Shown here: one piece after another, positions 59,240 through 64,000 of the stretch
How positions within the stretch are numbered: position 1 is the stretch's first letter
How the letters are laid out: each line of letters starts with the position of its first letter
Assembly (NCBI GenBank): GCA_945883235.1
Contig: CAMCXF010000009.1
Coordinates: 34,632 to 98,631, forward strand
Direction of reading: 5' to 3'
Source: Phenylobacterium deserti
GTDB lineage: Bacteria > Pseudomonadota > Alphaproteobacteria > Caulobacterales > Caulobacteraceae
Length of the DNA: 64,000 nucleotides
Notes under the pieces: generated by a model
What the model was told of the DNA's origin: nothing
Databases searched by the model: none
The model's input: only the letters and a program-made list of their open reading frames with translations
Made by a program: the position numbers and the translations under genes

Positions 59240-59761
59240 CTACTGAACCGTCAGCGCCGCGATCACCTGCTCCAGCACCGCGTGCGCCTTGCCGCGCATC
59301 TCGTCGTCGGTGGCGTCCTGGATCGGATGGTCCACCAGCACATAGCGCGCGCCCTCCATGCCCAGCGCCTTGCGCTGAACCTGGGCGGCCTGGCCAAATT
59401 CGCTGGAGGCGATGGTCACCGCCGGAAGTCCCTGGATCTCAAACCATACAGTGTCGTGCAAACTGCACGTCGTGCATGATCCTCAATCAGCGAGGCCTTC
59501 CACCAGCACCGCGCACTCTGCCTTGATCTTCAGGCGTAGGTCCGACGGGCAGGGCTTGGTGAAGGTGGGCTTGGCGTAGCGCCTGACCTCGACCTTCGGG
59601 TACCGGGCTGCCATCAGCACTTCCAGCTCGTCCAGCAGGATGTTGCCGCGCGGCTTGGCGATGTCCAGCAGGCCGATCACACCGGTGATATCGCCCGTCC
59701 GCGCCGTGATCTGGCGCTCGACGGGGACCCGCTCATCGGTCGGGTCCAGAATGGTCGTCAT
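59240..59761 (-). CDS. Selenoprotein with a U-G-S-C motif (UGSC-type); in-frame UGA (Sec) at 59485-59483
   Basis: Track ORFs 59483-59896 and 59240-59461 are in the same frame, separated only by TGA. The read-through gives ...AVLVEGLAD-U-GSCTTCSLHDTVWF... A GGGAGGA RBS precedes ATG 59761, a hairpin lies downstream of the UGA, and selC and selB are adjacent. Confidence 0.8.
59434..59485 (-). promoter_or_regulatory. Candidate bacterial SECIS element immediately 3' of the UGA
   Basis: In the mRNA UGA GGAUCAUGCACGA-CGUGCA-GUU-UGCACG-..., a 6-bp stem with a GUU loop starts 13 nt after the UGA. An outer GGAUC/GAUCC pairing is also possible. Confidence 0.4.
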
Positions 59762-59792
59762 CGACGTCCTCCCAAGTTCAGGGTTGAGGCTA

Positions 59793-61379
59793 TCAGCATT
59801 CGATTTTCCGGGAAACGCTGATTGATCCCATCGGCCCGGTGACCCAGCCGTGGAAAGCGGCCGAGAATTTCCCGGCGTCAGATCCTGCCACCACAATGTG
59901 GATGTAGGCGTCGCTGGCGAACTTGGAGACCGGCGTATCCAGCTGAGCGTCGGTCATCTTCGCGGCCATGGCCAGAGTGATACCAGCCCCGGAAATCTCG
60001 TTGGCGACCATCTCGCGCAGGGGTCGCGTCGTCACCGCCTGGATGCGCTCGCGCAGCCGCGCCTTGGAATAGGGCCCCTCACTCGTCAGCGTCGCCAGGT
60101 GCTCGGGGCAGACCACCAGCAGGGCGTCAGTGTGCATGCGGTGGATCTTGGACAGGAACATGCTCTCCAGCCCCAGGCCCAGCGTGCCGCCCATCTGGTC
60201 GGGCTGCCGCGATTCCTGGTCGACGATCTGCACCGGCCCGCTGGTCATGGCGAAGGCGGTGACCACCGAGTCCTCGGCGTTGAAGCCGCGCTCCACATGC
60301 AGTGGCTCCCAGGGCGAGCCCTCCTCCCACTCGGGGAAGCACATGGTGAATTTCATGGGGTTGCTGAGCGTAGAGCGGTCCACCCCACCGGGCTGCGCGC
60401 CGCCCACATTGCGCACCACCAGCCTGAGCGCCCGACCGATAGTGGCGTTGGCGCGGCTTCCGGGCCCCAGCGCCCCCAGTCGCATGTTCATGCCAATCCG
60501 CTCACGGATCGGGCCGTTGACGACCAACACCGGCGAGGCACCCATGGTGGTAGCGGTCACGCCGTGCATGTTGAACTCGTCGGTGCAGACCGCCTCGAGC
60601 GCGGCGATCACCACCGGCAGGTACTCGGGCTTGCAGCCCGCCATCACCGCATTGATGGCGATCTTCTCCACGGTCACCGGCGCCATGTTTGGCGGCACGA
60701 TGGCGACGATGTCCTGCGGCGCGCGGGGTGTGCCGGCCAGCATGCGGATCACCCGCTCCGCCGTCGGCGGCACCAGCGGCAGGCCGTCGCTGAAGCCCTG
60801 GTCGAACATGAACTCGGCAATGTCGTCGGCGCTGGCGATCTCGATCCTGCGCGCCCGGATCGGGCTGTCGTCGGCTTCGGCCTGCAGCTTGTCGTGGATC
60901 TCCGGGTCCAGGTGCTTCGACCCGCAACCCGGTCGCCATTCCGGCAGATCGGCCCAGGCGATGGCGGCAGGGCCTGCGTTCAGATCGGCGGCGATCTGGC
61001 GATCCAGCGCCTGCCACTCCTCCCGGACGAACCCTTCCAGCTTGGTCTTCACCTCGCCGTCGGCCCCGATCCAGTAGACCGCCGGCACGATCTCGAAGTC
61101 CCAGGCGAACGAGGTCGTACACGCACTGTCGTCCAGGAACGGCACCGTGAAACCATGGCGTTCCTGCAGGACGTCATTGCCCTCGGTCGATTGCCCCAGC
61201 ACCAGCACATCGGCCCTGTCGCCCCAGGCCTGATGAAATGCCTCCAGCAACGGCGCCGCCAGATTGCAGGTGTGGCAGTCCTCCTTGATGAAACTGACCA
61301 GGCTTGCTCGCCCGGCAGGAAACCGCCGGGTCTCGCCGGCGCGGTCGGTCAGGGCGAAGGGCGGGCAGGGCACGGTCAT
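59793..61379 (-). CDS. Fusion protein: N-terminal thioredoxin/redoxin-fold domain (CHTC) plus a C-terminal domain of about 330 aa of unknown function
   Basis: FALTDRAGE...LVSFIKEDCHTCNLAAPLLE is redoxin-like. The C-terminal part (…FSDGLPLVPPTAERVIRML…AGCKPEYLPVV…) matches nothing I recognise. The track ORF (to 61511) runs over tRNA-Sec, so ATG 61379 is the plausible start. Confidence 0.65.
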   Translation of the reverse strand: MTVPCPPFALTDRAGETRRFPAGRASLVSFIKEDCHTCNLAAPLLEAFHQAWGDRADVLVLGQSTEGNDVLQERHGFTVPFLDDSACTTSFAWDFEIVPAVYWIGADGEVKTKLEGFVREEWQALDRQIAADLNAGPAAIAWADLPEWRPGCGSKHLDPEIHDKLQAEADDSPIRARRIEIASADDIAEFMFDQGFSDGLPLVPPTAERVIRMLAGTPRAPQDIVAIVPPNMAPVTVEKIAINAVMAGCKPEYLPVVIAALEAVCTDEFNMHGVTATTMGASPVLVVNGPIRERIGMNMRLGALGPGSRANATIGRALRLVVRNVGGAQPGGVDRSTLSNPMKFTMCFPEWEEGSPWEPLHVERGFNAEDSVVTAFAMTSGPVQIVDQESRQPDQMGGTLGLGLESMFLSKIHRMHTDALLVVCPEHLATLTSEGPYSKARLRERIQAVTTRPLREMVANEISGAGITLAMAAKMTDAQLDTPVSKFASDAYIHIVVAGSDAGKFSAAFHGWVTGPMGSISVSRKIEC

Positions 61380-61401
61380 CGAACGGGTCTCACCACAGGT
61401 T

Positions 61402-61496
61402 TGGCGGAGATGGATGGGAATCGAACCCACCACACGCCTTTTGGACGTGTCACTGGTTTTGAAGACCAGGGAAGCCACCAGACTCCAGTCACCTCC
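61402..61496 (-). tRNA. selC: tRNA-Sec (anticodon UCA), 95 nt including an encoded CCA
   Basis: GGAGGTGA acceptor arm, 6-bp D-stem with a 4-nt loop (GGAGUC-UGGU-GGCUUC), anticodon arm CUGGU-CUUCAAA-ACCAG, a long variable arm (ACACGUCC-AAAA-GGCGUGU), T-arm GGGUUCGAUUCCC, and ...CUCCGCCA at the 3' end. Confidence 0.93.
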
Positions 61497-61743
61497 AGAC
61501 GGGAGCGACACTAGAGCGGGATGGCGCGGGAAGCCCAGGTGTTTTTCTAGGGCGGGGTCAGGCGATGGCCATCACCTGGCCTCCCCCATCGCGCCAAGGA
61601 TGGGGGCAAGCACCCTGTAAGTCCCGATTTGCCAGGCGAGGTTTATGCGCATTTTTCACAAGTGGCTGTATATTCAGCCGTACAAACTGACGGGCTGCAA
61701 CTGTCGCCATAATTGGACGGCTGACGCGGGTTGGGGCGAAGGA

Positions 61744-62148
61744 TCAAAGCAGGATCTGAACCATCACAAGTGCCAGGCCGAGGGTGGCCAGGTTCCAGCT
61801 GAAAGTCCGCAGCCAGGGAACGCCCCACGCGTAGAGGGGAAGGAATAGTATCCGGCCCGCGATGTAGAGCACTGCGCCAATGGAACTGACGGTCCCGCCA
61901 CGGTCGAGCAGGTGGATCATTAGCACCGCAGCGACAAACACGGGGAAGGTCTCAAGGAAGTTCCGCTGTGCGCGGTCAAGCCGCCCGGCCACGCCGGTTG
62001 GCGAGAGCCCTTCGTCGCGGGCTCCGACGGAATATTGGTTGCCGACCTGCGCCTTGAAGGTGAACGAGGCGGCCGTGAGATGGACGAGCGCGAGCACCAT
62101 CGCCGCGTACAGAGTTCCCATTTCTATGGACAAGACGCTTCCTCCCAT
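61744..62148 (-). CDS. MAPEG-family membrane protein (membrane glutathione-transferase-like)
   Basis: 134 aa with four hydrophobic helices and the central R..RAQRNFLETFP motif typical of bacterial MAPEG proteins. Confidence 0.7.
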   Translation of the reverse strand: MGGSVLSIEMGTLYAAMVLALVHLTAASFTFKAQVGNQYSVGARDEGLSPTGVAGRLDRAQRNFLETFPVFVAAVLMIHLLDRGGTVSSIGAVLYIAGRILFLPLYAWGVPWLRTFSWNLATLGLALVMVQILL

Positions 62149-62180
62149 TTTCGTCGTATGGCACCCGCCATACCGCCCCC

Positions 62181-64000
62181 CTACGCCAACATCGTCGAGG
62201 AACCTGGAGCGGATCGATACCCCTCCACCACCCGGCGGACATCCCCCTCGCGCGACGTCGCGCCCTGGGTGTCGAGGTATTCCAGGACGGGTACGATGAA
62301 CTTGCGGGTGGTTTCGAGGGCTGCGCGGGCCTCGCCGGTTGTGAAGGTGGCGGCGTTGGGGAAGGCAGCGCGCAGGCTGTCGGCGGCGGCGCGGAGGGCG
62401 GCGGTGTGGAACACCAGGGTTTGTCTGAGGGCGTGGTTGCGCAGGGATACGGCACGGCCGGTGTCGATGAGCAGTTGCAACAAGGCTGCGCCATCGGGTC
62501 CCTCGTCGGCCAGGGCGGCGACGTCTGGTGGCATCAGGCCTCCGTTCCGCAGGCGCGCTTCGATCCGTTCCAGTTGCGCCAGCATCTCGACCGACAGGTT
62601 GGCCAGGGGATCGTGGCCGGGCAGGGCGACCTGGGATCCGGTCAGGCGGATCTGGCCCTCTGCGGCCAGGAGGCGTTCGGCATGGGCCACCAGGTCCCGC
62701 GATGCCTGGCCGGCCAGCGCCGCGCGGATGGAATTGACCGGTGCGGCAACCCTCAGGGGCGCGGCGCGGTGTTCGGCGGCCAGGCGGGCGAGCCAGGCCG
62801 ATTTCGCCGCGTTGACGGCGATGCGGCTGACCATCCGGTCGTCGTCGAGGGGCTGGAAGGTCGCCTCGAGTCTTTGTCGAACGTCACGGGCCAACTGCCG
62901 CGACAACCGGGCCAACTCGGTGACGGAGAGAAAGCCGCCATCGCGGGCCGCCAGGGCTGTGGCGAGTTGGTCCAGATCGCCCAGAGCGGCGGCAGCCAGG
63001 ACGGCCAGCCGCTGAGCGTTTCGTCCCCGCGAGGCTACCGGTTCGGCGTCCAGCACCACGGCCCCGCCGATGGTCTCGGCCGGCGAGGGGCGGCGCAGCA
63101 CGGCGCGCTGGCCGGTGAAGGCGATCACAGGCGTGGCGAACCGCAGTTGCACCAGACCGCGCTCGCCGGGCGCAATCGACGCACGGCCAAGCAGGCGCAG
63201 CGAGCCGATGTCTTGCCGCGCGCCCCACATCACCCGCACCTGATCCATGTGTTTGAGAGGCCGCGGGCTGTCGGCGGACAACGCCACCTCCACATCCACC
63301 TGCAGGGTTGATCGGTAGCTGCCCGGCGCACAGAGCACCTCGCCGGTGGCGATGTCGTCCGCTGACGCGCCTCTCAGGCCGACGGCGACGCGGCCGCCGG
63401 GGAGGGCGTTCTCAACCAGGCGACCATGGGTCTGGAGCTGTCGGATCGTCACCGGGCGGCCGGAGGGTTGCAGCACCATCTCCGCTCCGGAGGTCAAAGC
63501 GCCGCCCAGCAGTGTGCCCGTGACAATGGTCCCGGCACCGGTGATCGAGAAGCTGCGATCAATCGGCAGGAAGGCGACGGGCAGGTTTTCAACGGGCGGC
63601 GCCCGCGCCAGCAGGGCCTCAAGGGCGATGTCCAGCTCCGTCATGCCAGAGCCTGTCACAGCAGAGCAGAGGATGATCGGCTCCCCGGCCAGGAAGGTCC
63701 CCCGGAGCTGTTCGCGGGTGGCGTCCAGAACGGCGGCCTCGTCGCTGTCTGCCAGCAGGTCGGCCTTGGTCACCACCACGACCCCGGCGGCGACCCCCAG
63801 AAGTTCCGCGATCCGCAGATGCTCCAGGGTCTGGTGGCCAAAACCTTCGGTGGCCGACACCACCAGCAGCACCGCGCGCACGCCCGTCGCGCCGGACACC
63901 ATGGCGCGGATGAAGTCCTCGTGGCCCGGTGCGTCGATCAGGTCGACCGTGCCCGTGGGATAGTCTCGCGACGCAAACCCCAGGGTGATGGACAGGCCGC
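62181..64000 (-). CDS. selB: Selenocysteine-specific translation elongation factor (N-terminus outside the window)
   Basis: The frame is open to the window edge. GTPase region ...GLSITLGFAS...DLIDAPGHEDFIRAMVSGATG...VVTKADL, then domains II-III and C-terminal winged helices (…RKFIVPVLEYLDTQGATSREGDVR). Confidence 0.9.
   Translation of the reverse strand, partial: GLSITLGFASRDYPTGTVDLIDAPGHEDFIRAMVSGATGVRAVLLVVSATEGFGHQTLEHLRIAELLGVAAGVVVVTKADLLADSDEAAVLDATREQLRGTFLAGEPIILCSAVTGSGMTELDIALEALLARAPPVENLPVAFLPIDRSFSITGAGTIVTGTLLGGALTSGAEMVLQPSGRPVTIRQLQTHGRLVENALPGGRVAVGLRGASADDIATGEVLCAPGSYRSTLQVDVEVALSADSPRPLKHMDQVRVMWGARQDIGSLRLLGRASIAPGERGLVQLRFATPVIAFTGQRAVLRRPSPAETIGGAVVLDAEPVASRGRNAQRLAVLAAAALGDLDQLATALAARDGGFLSVTELARLSRQLARDVRQRLEATFQPLDDDRMVSRIAVNAAKSAWLARLAAEHRAAPLRVAAPVNSIRAALAGQASRDLVAHAERLLAAEGQIRLTGSQVALPGHDPLANLSVEMLAQLERIEARLRNGGLMPPDVAALADEGPDGAALLQLLIDTGRAVSLRNHALRQTLVFHTAALRAAADSLRAAFPNAATFTTGEARAALETTRKFIVPVLEYLDTQGATSREGDVRRVVEGYRSAPGSSTMLA

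Noticed and set aside
61497-61511. N-terminal extension (MSLPSGGDWSLVAS...) of the thioredoxin-fusion ORF.
   Set aside because: These codons are simply the antisense reading of the tRNA-Sec gene. The start was reassigned to ATG 61379.

Overview
This is a high-GC (about two-thirds G+C by eye), densely coding chromosomal segment. Its gene content fits an alphaproteobacterium (Caulobacter/Sphingomonas-like), but that assignment is low confidence. I support about 55 protein genes, one tRNA and a family of structured repeats. From start to end the window contains the following. (1) A CYP153-like P450 and a sphingomyelinase-fold hydrolase. (2) A 2-aminoethylphosphonate locus with a TonB receptor, an FAD amine oxidoreductase, PhnX, a LysR regulator and a DUF5690-like permease, but no phnW. 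(3) An IS6-like relic next to a PLD-family gene. (4) gltBD. (5) A BLUF / GTP cyclohydrolase I / HAMP-GAF-PAS adenylate cyclase operon. (6) A sulfatase and a rhodanese/ACAD-like pair. (7) An ABC-F ATPase. (8) A nucleoside transporter bracketed by two DUF559 endonuclease genes, each enclosed by about 50-60 bp G-rich inverted repeats, with gene-less copies of the repeat elsewhere. (9) Lipid- and redox-related genes, including an oxidoreductase of the type sometimes fused to SelD, which carries a very AT-rich in-frame patch. (10) A DUF547/TVP38/disulfide-reductase operon. (11) An acyl-CoA ligase/thiolase/DUF1295/NMO/HxlR operon. (12) A carotenoid-oxygenase cluster. (13) An aminosugar/aminocyclitol-like cluster. 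(14) An aromatic ring-cleavage operon. (15) A selenocysteine island: selB (partial), MAPEG, tRNA-Sec, a thioredoxin-fold fusion protein and a UGA-containing 'UGSC' selenoprotein, then a YeiH-type exporter and a YghU glutathione transferase. The best candidates for undescribed biology are the selC-linked two-gene selenoprotein module and the DUF559/inverted-repeat cassettes. All family assignments come from motif recognition by eye. No database search was possible.
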